A stretch of DNA of 64,000 bases, from positions 2,728,001-2,792,000 of the forward strand of contig NC_089429.1 of the NCBI RefSeq assembly GCF_026210795.1, read 5' to 3'. The notes below the pieces were generated by a model, which was given only the letters and a program-made list of their open reading frames with translations, did no database searches and was not told the origin of the DNA. The position numbers and the translations under genes are program-made. This DNA comes from Rhizophagus irregularis (lineage: Eukaryota). This document shows, one piece after another, positions 28,556 through 41,088 of the stretch (its first letter is position 1; every line of letters begins with the position of its first letter).

Positions 28556-29291
28556 TATTAAGAAAAAATTTCTTGGTTCAAAAAAAGTTGTTGATCCTAA
28601 CCAAGCTTATTTATGATTAAATGAGTCTTACCAAAAAAGGTGAAATGTGCAGTATTTTTAATTGTTGCAGAATTGTTTATTGTACTATAAATATATCTCG
28701 CGAAAAATTGGAATATTTGATCACTTATCTTTACTAACAATACTACGCAGGTTACAAGATGTACTCATGTACATCGATTACCAAATAAATATCCCCTATC
28801 ACGCCATTTTTGTGTTAACATCTATAGCCAATAATCAAAGAAAACCTACACGACAGAAAAATTATCCTGATCTCTGGAATGCATTACACACAATATCAGT
28901 ATTATCCTATTCGACAATAATAATTATTGTAATTACATTATTACTAGGTTTTGGGCAATTACATTCTAGACATTCTAGAATTCTAGAACCAACCTTTTTT
29001 ATGAAGTACACGTGTTGCCCGAAACCGGATTTATATGCCGGATTCTTTATAATTAGGGTAGAGTTGTCATGTGATAACTTTGCATGTGATACACGTGATA
29101 TAAGTGATACAATCGACAAAAAATTTGGTAAAACGAACAATTTTTCACATTAAAAATGAATCGTCATGAATCATTTTAGCGTAATGAAGTTATTCCCACG
29201 AAACTCTTTATAAAGGATATCGTTCCCAACGATTTAAAATTACCAAAAAGTTTGTTTAAAAAACTTCTTTTAATAGGTAAAAATTTTAAAA

Positions 29292-30040
29292 ATGAATTTT
29301 GATGATTCTTTTCGTCGAATGCGACGTACATTCGACGACTTCTTTAATGACCCGTGCTATCGTAAACCTGCGATTGATGGTATGTAAAAATCCTTTTTAA
29401 AAAGAAGTAATCTACGGTCGATTAACTATACTAGATGTTGAATTTTGATGGCGCAGCACTTTGATAAAATTTTGATTATCTGTTATACATCATATAGTTT
29501 ATAACAAGTCTGATGAATATGTTTTGCACGCTGATGTTCCGGTAAGGAAATTTATTAATTGTTAATTATAATTTTAAAAGTTCTTTAATTACTTATATCT
29601 TATATTTTTTAAAATAGGGAATACAAAAATCTGATGTTAATGTTGAACTTGTAGGTGACAATAACCTAGTCATCGAAGGTGAATTTAAACCATATAAAGG
29701 TTTCGATAGAAATAAATTACTTGTGAATGAACGTGATTGTGGAAAATTCCGGTAAATTTTTATTTTTTAAAGCCTTTTGATGAATACTTATTATAACTGA
29801 TTTATTTAATATTTGCAAATTTAATGATTTGTTAGTCGAGAGATTTTTTTATCTTGTGATCTACAAGTTGATAAGATGTCTGCTGTGATTGAAAATGGAA
29901 TCTTGGAAGTTAGGGTAAATTAAATGTGTAAATTTGATCAGATAATTAAATGGGACTAATTACTATTTGATTGTTAAATTTAATAGCTTCCTAAAGCTCA
30001 ACGAACCAGCTCTACCGGTAGAAAGATCGAGATCAATTAA
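29292..30040 (+). CDS. Small heat shock protein (HSP20/alpha-crystallin), 5 exons, absent from the ORF track
   Basis: Spliced MNFDDSFRRMRRTFDDFF..PAIDVYNKSDEYVLHADVPGIQKSDVNVE..ERDCGKFRREI..SAVIENGILEVRLPK..RKIEIN*. Confidence 0.92.
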
Positions 30041-30269
30041 TTATTATGAGAGTGGTTTTCTAGATGACACTTATAGAATATGAAATATGTAAATCAATAG
30101 CATAGCTGATAGCTCTCATTTAATTTTACACAAATTGGTCTAAATATTTGTTTACAAATAATTGAATGTGTTATTTTAAGAATGTTTTCAACCAATAAAT
30201 CCCTTGTAATTTACCATGTCCAGTTTATGATTTTTTAATTCAATATCTATATTTGTCATTGTTTATTTT

Positions 30270-31720
30270 TTTTCGCCCTAAAACATTCGATCAGTGTTGA
30301 CAAGCATGGGAAAGGTTGTATATTATAATTGTTTTGAATACAAGATAATATTTAATTAATAATTTTTAATTTAATTTTTAGATGGTGTCGTAATTCTGCT
30401 AATGGAATTTCCTTAGATGCACGACCAACAGTTATTGCTTTTGTTAGAAAGCTTAAATTAGTTATTACTATTGAAGAATTTAATCAATTAGAACAAGATT
30501 TTATTAAATGGATTTTAACTAACAACTTAACAAAATTACTTTCTTACTATAAAAAAGAATGGCAGTCATGCCAACAACTTTGGGCAAATATTTATAAACC
30601 AAAATTTGTTACAGGTTGGATGGTTAATGAGACAAATAATTTAATAGAAAGATTTTTTTCTGTGAGTATAGTAATTATAAATGTAATATTATCTTCTTAA
30701 TTATATAATTTACTAAATTAATTATTTAATTCCTAGACATTAAAGTGGAAATTTTTGCATGGAAAGAAAAACAAAAGGATAGACATGCTAATAAATATTT
30801 TAATAAATCAATGCTCTGATTTTTTTACTATTCGATTTTACACTCAAATTAATCAGCAAATTTTTAATGAAAAAGTAAGTAACAGTATTTATTGTTTTAA
30901 ATAATTTGTTCTAATATTAATTTTTATTTTTATTTTTATTTTTGATAGAAATTTAATGAAATTAAATCTCGTGAACTTAAAGCACGTGAAATTGCAGAAA
31001 ATAATACTGTATGATTGACATTATAGATCCAATGAATGGATATTGTATTGTTTAAAAGTCAATCAAATTCGTCCAAAGTATATGAGGTATATTTATGTGA
31101 TGGATCTTATTGTAACTGTCAAGACCAGTCTTAAACATATCCGTGCAGCGGCTAGTGTTCTTGGAGGGTTAGAAATATGGAATCTATCATTAGATTCTGA
31201 AAGGATAGCATTTTATCAAAATAACAACATCAATATACCTTAAATTCAAATACTGCTAATCAATTTCATGAAGAAACTCCGGATCAAAGTCAAAATTCAT
31301 TAAATTCAAACGCTAATCCTAATCAACTTTTATGTGAAGAACTGGAAGGATTTAAAAATAATTATACAAAGAATACAAAATATACCAAATACAGACAATG
31401 GAATTGAAATAAAAAAGCAAGCAGAGTTTCAAATGAAAGAAGTAAGAAAATTTTATTCATTTTTTGTAGTTACCTAAATATATTATTAATAAAATTTTTG
31501 TTAAAGTTTTTTAGATCGTAATAAACTAAAAATTACACCACACTCATTTACAAGATCACACAGAACAAATAAAACCCAAGAAAACAAGGAAAATTCTTCT
31601 TGGATACCAAATAAAATTCGTGGGAAAAGACCTACAAATGTTTTGGGAAAAAATAAGTTAAATGTTAAAAGAAGAAAGGACGATAATGATATTATCGAAA
31701 ATGCACTTAAAGAAAGGTAA
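30270..31720 (+). pseudogene. MULE-type transposase remnant with SWIM finger
   Basis: EWQSCQQLWA..ETNNLIERFFS|TLKWKFLHGKKNKRIDMLINIL; YEVYLCDGSYCNCQD..KHIRAA; frameshifts and introns. Confidence 0.7.
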
Positions 31721-32108
31721 TAATTTAATTTGTACAGTAGAGAAAAATTACTTTTAGCTAATCTAACGTAATCTTTACTTGTTACATACAGTACACAGAT
31801 TTAATAACTACATTTGGAATCTTGAGTTTTATTTGCAACGCGTTTAATTTTTCAAACAAAAACTTTAATAAACGTTAAAGTCTTATTCCTTTAAACTAAA
31901 TTTGAAACAGGAATAAAAATATCTAATACGATCACTAATTCACAAAAAATCCGTGGCTCAGCTCAATGCTGATAAGCTGATTATCATTATGACAATTTGT
32001 GACACCTGCTTTGTTATAATACGCGTCTTTTGCTAACAAACAAATTCTAGCGCGTCTATTCTTTTTTACCTTTTGCATAATAGCAGAATAACTTTTTTAC
32101 ACTTTAAA

Positions 32109-33111
32109 ATGGAGGGACCAGTGGAAGATGGAAAAAAACAACCCTTTCCTCGTCACAGGAACTCTGGTAAACTACTGTGTATGGTGACGTCGTAGATAAT
32201 GATGAAATATTCACCTTTATTTTGCATGACCTGCAGGAAAATCAGATAACTGACAAGTACTTTGATTCGAAAAACTCTATGGAGTGGGATATCGTCGAGT
32301 TCCACCATTTTTTATAGAAAAAAACAAAGATAGACCGGAGAAGCTTGATTACAAGACGGCTGCAGACAAACTCACCAGGTGTTTGCGAGATATTGTGAGC
32401 ACATCAGTCAGTGCCGATACGATAAGGCAGGCATTAATTCTTCAGGAAAAGCTAAGGTGAGTGTAGATTTTTCTTGTACATATGTGATGTTGCAACTGGA
32501 TAGAAGTTCTCTTAGGCCGTGGCCATATCAACGGTTTAGTTGATTTGGCTCTCTACAACTACGCGGGAATTCTGCTGATGTACCGTTTATGATCTGTTGA
32601 TCGTTGTGGACGGCTAGCTTTTAGCAATAAGGTACTTTAATTGTATTAGCAACTGCGACTACGCGGGAATTCTGCTGATGAACTGTTGATCGTCGTGGCT
32701 GGTTGTAGCACTTTATTATTTGTAATTATATATTATTAAACTAACAACTACATAGCGAGCACGTCGAAAAGGAGATAAGATGTGGGTATCCGTTGAAGTC
32801 GAGCTAAAAGAGAAGAAATTAACAAATCTTCAGATATGCATGAGAAATGTTATCGACATTTTATAATAGAGCTTACATACGAAATTATTTTACTGCAAAA
32901 TAAGTTACATGGACTACTACAGGCAACGCAGGAGAGTCAAAATTATGCAAGTACGTTAAATCGCGGTGCCTTGAATAGGCTAGAGGATGTCATTGATTCA
33001 AATAAGCATAAGAGTGAACCTATTGATTTGAAGAGAAAGATATCTAAATCATCTATAAGTGACCATAATAATAATGACAGAAAAATATTTACACATGTAT
33101 TATTTGCTTAG
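32109..33111 (+). pseudogene. Degenerate gene remnant of unknown family
   Basis: YFDSKNSMEWDIVEF..TRCLRDIVS exon-like block with frameshifts, GT-AG intron and broken 3' exon. Confidence 0.35.
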
Positions 33112-33679
33112 AAAAATCTTCACGATCAGGAGAAAGTAATTAATGTGATGACCAATGAGCATCGCGGTATAAAAGAAAAGCAATTCACATGAATGAATGT
33201 AACCTACTGTTAAAACAGTAAAACCCATTACATAAACAATACATGTAATGATCATAAAGCATTTAAAGTTTCGAGTTTACTCAATTAGACCCAATTATTC
33301 GATTATCGAAAATCGAAAATCGAATTTTAGAATTCAAAAGATTTTAATCGCGTTAATCGATTTCCAATCCCTAATAGGAATAAACCAAAAGATCTTTTTT
33401 ACAGATATCATACATGAAATAAGTCAGACATAATAATCTTCGCATACTGTATATTCAGAAGAATAATGCACTGTACAACTCATTAACTCAATTAAGTGTT
33501 AACCTTTTTTACCTTTTAAACATTGTTTTATCTTATAAAATACTGTTGGGATAGAAACATGATAAGATTTTGATTACAAATACATTGTGTATGATACTAT
33601 TAACTTATGATGAAATACAAAATATGAAAAAAACTATCAGAATAGTAAATTGATTTTGCACGCCCAAATTTCACAATTT

Positions 33680-35371
33680 TTAGAATTTTCTTGGTTTAAC
33701 CTTGACAATGAAATCTTCAGCAGTGTTAATATATTCACGTCTAAGTTTAAGTGGTGCGTTGATATCAGCCATTTCAATATCATATTTTCTGAAATATATC
33801 ATTAGGGATTTTAATTCAATAATCGCCAACTTTTTTCCCGGACATATTCTGATCCCTCCTCCAAACATAGGGAAAACATTTTTCGCTTTTTGTTTTTCGA
33901 GTAAATATTTGTCACTTTCTTCAATCTTGTACCACCTATCAGGATCGAATTTATCAGGGTCGGTCCAATTATCCTTGTGTTTCATTATTGCAGAATAAAG
34001 CATTAGAAATCGAGTTGACGCTGGCCAGTCGTATCCTCCGACATTATCACTTTCGGTATTTAACCGATGCATCATGAACGAAACAGGGCAATTACGAAAC
34101 ACTTCGTTGATAACTGCCTCGCAATATTGTAATTCTTCAAGGTTTTCATATGTTACAAGTTTTGTTAAGTCATTTCCGAGAACTGCATCCAATTCACGTC
34201 GTACTTTTTGTTTCACTTCAGGATAACGTCCGAGATAATATACAATGAAGCAAAACACATTAGCCACCTATATGATTAAGATTAAAAAGAGGTGAATTTA
34301 TAATCTTAATGTTTTCTTAAATATAAAACTCTTATTTACAGTTTCAGTTCCACCAAGCAAACTATCGAGTACCATTCCACGAATCTCTCTGTCAGTCGCT
34401 GGTCTTAATAAATCAGCACCGGAACGTTTTACCGTGTTGATATCACGTGGCGTATTCGCGGTTATATAGGATGTCACCATGTCGTGACGAAGAGGCTGAT
34501 CTAACGGTGTATTCTCAATTTCAGCTTTTCTTTCTTTAACAACTTTACCTAACTTGTTAAGCAAATAATCCTTGTTTTCCAAATAACTTTTCCACTTTTC
34601 GCGAATAAATGGAACATAATGAAGCACAAACTGTTTACAAACTGTAAGATAAATCAGTCCCCTTACGTAAGTTTCAACTGACTTAACGAACTTATCAGAT
34701 TCCTCAACCGTTTCAACCGTTTCTACTTTTTTTCCTTTTAAAGTATTGTCACTTTCAAGAATGGAATTATAATAAGAAGCAACAGAATTATTTTTTATGC
34801 CGGTTGTAACTTTGAAAATTATCTCGTTTGTAAATCTATGCATCCATCTACTAAGATCTAATTCATAATTTTCTCCAAGGTCAACCCAATAAGATTCCAT
34901 TTCTTTACATAATACGTTTACCCATTCAACAGCTTGATAATTAAAATTCGGTGTCAAAATAGATTGATCAAAAAATTGACGATTAAACTTCCAAGATTCA
35001 AAATCATTGTTACTGCCTATTCCTACTCCATATAACTCATATTCAATAAATGCTTCATCTGTGACAAATCTAGTGAAGAAGTTAGATTTCGTTGAAGGCA
35101 TATTCAACTTATCAGTCAAATCTGCTCTACATAATACGATATTACGTTCACCTGCCAAATATATTTCGAACATGTCTCCGTACTTTTTATGCATTGACGT
35201 AAAAAATTCATTAAATCCCATTCCAATACTTAGATGAAAGTTACCAATAAGTGGAAGTGGGAATGGACCGGGTAGAGGGTTCTTACGGGTAAAATAACGA
35301 TAATAGAATCGAGATACATAGATAACTATCAAAGTTACCAAAAGAGAAGAAATCCCAAATAAAGAAATCAT
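33680..35371 (-). CDS. Cytochrome P450, 2 exons
   Basis: TM anchor + PGPFPLPLIGN; I-helix GGTET at the intron (~34268-34319); EVFR, FDPDRW, heme motif FGGGIRICPG. Confidence 0.95.
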
Positions 35372-36376
35372 TGTTAGTTGAACTATTGGAAAAGCGTTTC
35401 GTGTGAAATCTGAGATGAACTGTAATCTGGAATCGATTTTTATAGTTTTGTAGCATGAATAATGATATTTTTTTGGTTTAACAACAATTTTTCATTATCA
35501 TTGTACAGTACAACGATAAATAAAACTATCCGGAATACATATCATACATAGTTAAGATCGCTCATAAATAATTATCAACTGTTTATTAGTCCGGAGCGGT
35601 CTATCAATGTTAATCGGAGTCGATGCTGGTTGGGCCTTCACCGTTACATAAAAACCTCAATAAAGCAAGAACTGGATCGTTGATTTTTTTTTAGTTAAGA
35701 TCGCTCCGGATTTAACACGGCTTTGCCGTTCCCAAAAACTAAGGAGAAAAAATATGATAGTACCTTATAAAATGTTTATTAATTGTACAGTGTAAATAAT
35801 TACATAATAATTATATAAAATAACGTAATGGTTATTGCCAACTGTAAATAGCAACCAAATTTTTTCTTAGAAGCAAAATTATACCCATGATCATCATAGC
35901 TGATTACACTGATTTCGCCTGTATTCTAAGAATAACTATGATATACATTTATCTGCTAATTAAACATAGAGTCACTTATCACATCAGTATTATGTATATA
36001 CATCGATGGATTTTTTTGTAAATTATTCCACCGGTATAAAAAAAGTATAAAAAAGTATAAGATCCATCGGCGTATATGCCATACACAACGAGATAAACCT
36101 GTTATTCCATGGGTATCTAATAAATACTCCATATAAACTGATGCCTTGGGGGAGGGGAGCATCGGTGAATATTTCAGTTATTCATTGATACCCATGGAAT
36201 AACAAGTATATATTAAGACTATTGATTATAAGACATTAAAACTTTCGGATGCTAGACATACCTCAATAAGGAAAATTCCATTATCTAGACAAATGCATCT
36301 TTTTTGCCAATCACGATTAACAATATTCTAGAGTTTTTTGACATCTACTGCTATGAAAATGATGTTGTGCCCCAAT

Positions 36377-36994
36377 CCCTGTAAAAAAAGTCAATCCATT
36401 TTTTTTATTCCATCTTTTTTCCATAAAAGGAGGCCCGTTAAAGCGGGGTAGAATCACGTGATTTAAAATTATTATGATTTGATAAATTATTTATAAACTA
36501 AAATCAAAGTGAACTTGAAAATCATTAAATAAGTGTATTTCTGCCTGCTCTGCAAGTTTACTTAGGAAGGAAAAGTGGATTTTGAACAATGTTTTTAACT
36601 TTATATATGAGCAAACGAACTTTGCTGATCATACCCACAAAAGGATAGATCAATTTTAACGAAATTGAAAAAATTGAATAAATCGAAAACGGTGTTCTAA
36701 ACCTCATTCTGTGCTCTAAGTAAACTTGTAGAACAGGTCAAAATGCACTTAATATATGTTTATTTGGAAGGTTTCATATATAATAAAGAGTTTTATTTTA
36801 AAAAAAGAAAAATTTCGAAAGTCACGTGATTCTGCCCTGCTTTAGCGGTCCTCCATAAAAGGCTCATATTTCCAGAATTAATAGCTTTATATCACAGAAT
36901 TTATTGAATTATTTACATTTTCTGTGAATGAATCTGTGAAAGGCTCATTTTTACGGAGTTTTTACAGAAATAACGGATAAAATTTTTTATAGGG
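36377..36994. mobile_element. CACTA/CMC-like MITE with a nested insertion
   Basis: Ends CCCTGTAAAAAA / TTTTTTATAGGG; 3-bp TSD AAT. Confidence 0.65.
36429..36854. mobile_element. TIR MITE nested in 36377-36994
   Basis: ~36-bp TIR GGAGG(C/A)CCG(T/C)TAAAGC(G/A)GGG(T/C)AGAATCACGTGA; duplicated target ATAAAA (parses as 6, 8 or 10 bp). Confidence 0.85.
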
Positions 36995-37779
36995 AATGTA
37001 ATTTGATATTTTTGGAAGAAGACATCCATTCAAGAAAGGGAGCGATATTTGATCATAGGTTCCTCATTAAGAATTTTCTTGGTTATCTGACATCTAGCCT
37101 AGAATTTGCGATTTTTCTTAAATTCTCAAGCATGTTTTAGTTTTATAATTCTTTCTAAGAATTCAGCATGTCCTGGTAAGGAAGTGAAAAATATTTTTGA
37201 TGTAACAATATCTAATGCTAATAACAATCAAGTATCTTCACTCATAGAGGCAATTAGAACCCATCATCTAAATCAATTTTAAAATACAGGTTGGCTTTAT
37301 ATAAGATCAGCTTCATATCTGATAGCATCGTAATTCACAACTTAAGTAACAATAAATACTTCAAAGTAGATGGCACAATAAGAATGGAACTGCAAGACAC
37401 AATTTTTAGTCATTTTTCCATTCAGCCTCAATGTATCTATTCCAGTAAATGTTATCGTGTACGCTTCTACTAAAATGGTACCAGAAGTATTAAGCATCAT
37501 ATAACAGTAATATATTCGCAAATTTTTTTTGTATTAGTTGTTTCTCCAACAATGATTTATTTTTTAAATAAAACATATATTATGTTCTTTGTCATAAATC
37601 TCAATAAATGTTATAATCTAGGGGTAGATAAAATAAATAGGGGCTAACTTAAATGTTACACAGGCTAAGCTTTTATAAATTGGTTATATAACCGAATTTT
37701 TATATTAAAATTTCACTTTTTTTTATTTTTTTGATACGTACGTATAGAAAAGCAGTCAATTTCAGAAGTCAAAGTTGCA

Positions 37780-38740
37780 CAGTCAACTCTCTTTATAGTC
37801 ACACATTTGGGACAGTCCATATTTGGTGATTATAAAGAGATGTGACTATATAAAAAATTTCTTATATTAGTATATCATAATTCCGGCCAAAAATTAACAT
37901 AATTTTAGCTAAAATTATACTCAAAACTTTATTGTATCGTAACTCCGCCAATATTAATCGTAGAGAGATGATCTTACCGCCATTCGATTCGTCTTGATGA
38001 GACGGTTCTAATGGTATAAAATACATTGAAATCCAATCACTAGATTAATTTTCAAAATTAAAAAAATATTAATGGTTTTTGTGTAATAACTCTGCCAATA
38101 TTGATCCTAGAGAGACAATCTTACTACCATTCAATTCGTCTTAATGCGACGAATCTAATGGTATAAAATAAATTGAAATCCAATCACTAGATCAATTTCC
38201 GAAATTAAAAAATATTAAATGGTTTTTAAGTAGTAACTCCGTCGATATTGATCACAGAGAGATGAGCTTACCACCATTCGATTCGTCTTGATGAGGCGAT
38301 TCCAACGAGCTATTAATCGTCTTTTTACAATCACTAGGTACCGAGAAATTTAGCAAAATGTTAAATGGCGCAGTAAACGTAAATCAAGAAATATAATAAT
38401 ACCGATGCTTAACATTTTGTTGAATAACTCATCAGCCAGTGATCGCAAAAGGATAAAACTACCACCATTCGATTCATCTCAGTGAGATGATTCTAACAAG
38501 CTATGATACATCTTTGTACAATTATTAAATGCCAAGTTATTTAATATATTCTTTATATAACTGTGATTATAAACGGTTCTTTTTAATATAAGATTTTTGA
38601 GGATAGGTGTGATAGTGACTATAGATAGATTGTGACTATATAGGATAGTTTTTAATAATAAAGTGTTTTGAACATTCAACTGGTGTGACTATATAGTAGA
38701 ATATAACTATAACGGGAGTGACTATAGAGGGAGTTGACTG
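37780..38740. mobile_element. Tc1/mariner(pogo)-type MITE, 961 bp, copy 2 (inverted)
   Basis: Reverse complement of 913-1873 with the same length; flanks CA/TA. Confidence 0.92.
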
Positions 38741-39088
38741 TATATACTAGCTCTATATAAGCAATTAAAATTAGATCACAAAGTTAAAATTATATTCTTT
38801 TTTTTTTGACATTTCAAGAAGTATATATTAAATGTTTTATGTAAAATGTTTTAAATTAGCTTTTTCTTTTTATTATTTTCAAATGTGTAATAAAATTTTA
38901 TATGTTTTTAAGGTATTTAAACAGCTGATCCAAAATTTAAACAATATAGAAAAAAATATTTTCATTACTGATTTATCATTTTTTTTTTTCACAGATAATA
39001 TTGATTATCAGAAGATTTTTTACTTTGAACATAAAGTAATACCATATTCATCCAAAAATAAACAACAACTTTTGTATGTAATGCAAGC

Positions 39089-39364
39089 TAGTGTTCCGCA
39101 TGAATCAAATTTCTCCTCTGAAATTTGATTCGATTCGGACTCGATTCAGACTCGATTCAACCCCCAAAAATTATTATCTCAGGATCCAGTGATCCAATTT
39201 TGATGATCTATTTTTAATCGATAGGCCTCGTTGCTCTGATCAAAATAAAAAAATGATCGTTGAAATCGGACTGCTAGATCAAAAGATATTTGCAAAATAC
39301 GTTTTTCTTATTCGGAAGCAATCAGGGTCACACCGTGTCATGAATCGATTCGTGCGGAACACTA
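39089..39364. mobile_element. hAT-type MITE
   Basis: TIR TAGTGTTCCGCA(T/C)GAATC; perfect 8-bp TSD ATGCAAGC. Confidence 0.9.
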
Positions 39365-39602
39365 ATGCAAGCCAACTGGCCAAAATTTAGTAATGCAGGC
39401 CAAAAAATTCCATAATTCTGTCTATGTTACTTATTTTCTGATAAATATGGTATTTAATTTTAATAGTAAACATATAGTAATTTATTTTATATTATGACTA
39501 TACATAAAACTGAAATTGGTTAATTTTAACCTCTGAAATGGTCGAAATGGTTGAAATGATTTTGACTTGAACCCCTCTAAAAGTCGAAAGTCGAAATGGT
39601 CA

Positions 39603-40407
39603 AAATTACGTCATAGTCATATGATTTTATAGTAAACAATAATATTAAAATTCAAAGTTAACGAACTTCGCATCCAGTAATTCGATTTTTATGATCTTTA
39701 CACAGTTAGATTTAGCTCATTGAGAGAATCCCAATGATATGTATTTCATATTTGTAGCATCAATATTGACAGAGTTATTCACATTTAAAATTGGTATTAA
39801 ATAGTCTTATAATTTTTATAGTAAACAATAATTTTAAAATTTAAAGTTAACGATCTCCGCATCCAGTAATTCGATTTTTATGATCTTTACATAGTTAGAT
39901 TCAGCTCATTGAGAGAATCCCAATGATATGTATTTCATATTTGTAGCATCAATATTGACAGAGTTATTCACATTTAAAATTGGTATTAAATAGTCTTATA
40001 ATTTTTATAGTAAACAATAATTTTAAAATTTAAAGTTAACGATCTCCGCATCCAGTGAATCGATTTTTATGATCTTTACGCGGTTGGATTCAGCTCATCG
40101 AGAGGATTCCAATGATATATATTTCATATTTGTAGCATTAATATTGACGGAGTTATTTACATTTAAAATTTGGTATTAAATAGTCTTATAATTTTTATAG
40201 TAAACAATAATTTTAAAATTCAAAGTTAACGATCTTAGCATCCAGTGAATCGATTTTTATGATCTTTACGCGGTTGGATTCAGCTCATAGAGAGGATTCC
40301 AATGATATGTATTTCATATCTGTAGCATCAATATTGACAGAGTTATTTACGTTTAAAATTTTATATTAAATTATAATTATAAAAATCACATGACTATAAT
40401 GTAATTT
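39603..40407. repeat. Four tandem 189-190 bp units bounded by ~27-bp inverted repeats
   Basis: CATCCAGT recurs at 39671, 39860, 40049 and 40239; AAATTACGTCATAGTCATATGATTTT pairs with AAAATCACATGACTATAATGTAATTT. Confidence 0.85.
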
Positions 40408-40521
40408 CATATGGGCCAATTTGACGCATCTTCGATTTTGTCACAACATGATTATCATGATAATTATAAATAATTAAATATTTATTATACAAACTACAAA
40501 CTACATATTTTTCACGTCCTG

Positions 40522-41088
40522 ATGGTAAACCAGTTGTCTATTTGCTGCAAGCTTTGTTTTAAAGCTTTTACAACTTCCCAAAAATTATTTGTTTATGAAA
40601 GGAATAAACATTCACATAATAAAACAATACCCCACTTTTATTTTCTTTCTTGTCCTTCTTCAGAACAAATGTTTTTTTACATTAACTCCCTTATAGTTCT
40701 CATTAAAAAAAAGTTGGGTTTTTCTCGACACTCTATTGGAAAAAAACGTTTATCAATCGATATATTCCTAAAAAATATATTTGTATATCTATTTAAAGAT
40801 GAAGAAAATCTCAGATATAGTTCTGCTAAGCATAAATATCAATGTTATTTTCAGGGCTAGGGGGAAAGACCAGACTTAAACAAATACTCCAATATGATCA
40901 GTAGAGTTTTTAGCAAAATCCTCTAACTAATACTAAAGGTTATGTTTTACTTGAAGATTATGAAAATATGTATCAAGTTAAATTTATATGGAATCAGACG
41001 GTATTATCAGAGAATAATAAAGAATTCACATTAGAAAGAATGACGTGTAATTTTATTACTGATTTGGAAGAATTTGAGGAAAAGTAAT
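40522..41088 (+). pseudogene. C2H2 zinc-finger gene remnant, probably TE-associated
   Basis: CKLCFKAFTTSQKLFVYERNKH (first His decayed); reading frame continues past stops to ~41088. Confidence 0.5.

Noticed and set aside
28662..29153. 163-aa ORF
   Set aside because: TTG start, no recognisable domain, and it lies in the CHR/HSP20 promoter interval.
39625..40370. CRISPR-like array
   Set aside because: Whole units repeat with no unique spacers, there are no cas genes, and the context is eukaryotic.
40522..41088. RAG2-like partner of the RAG1-like gene
   Set aside because: It is convergent but encodes a C2H2 finger; no kelch or PHD features are seen.
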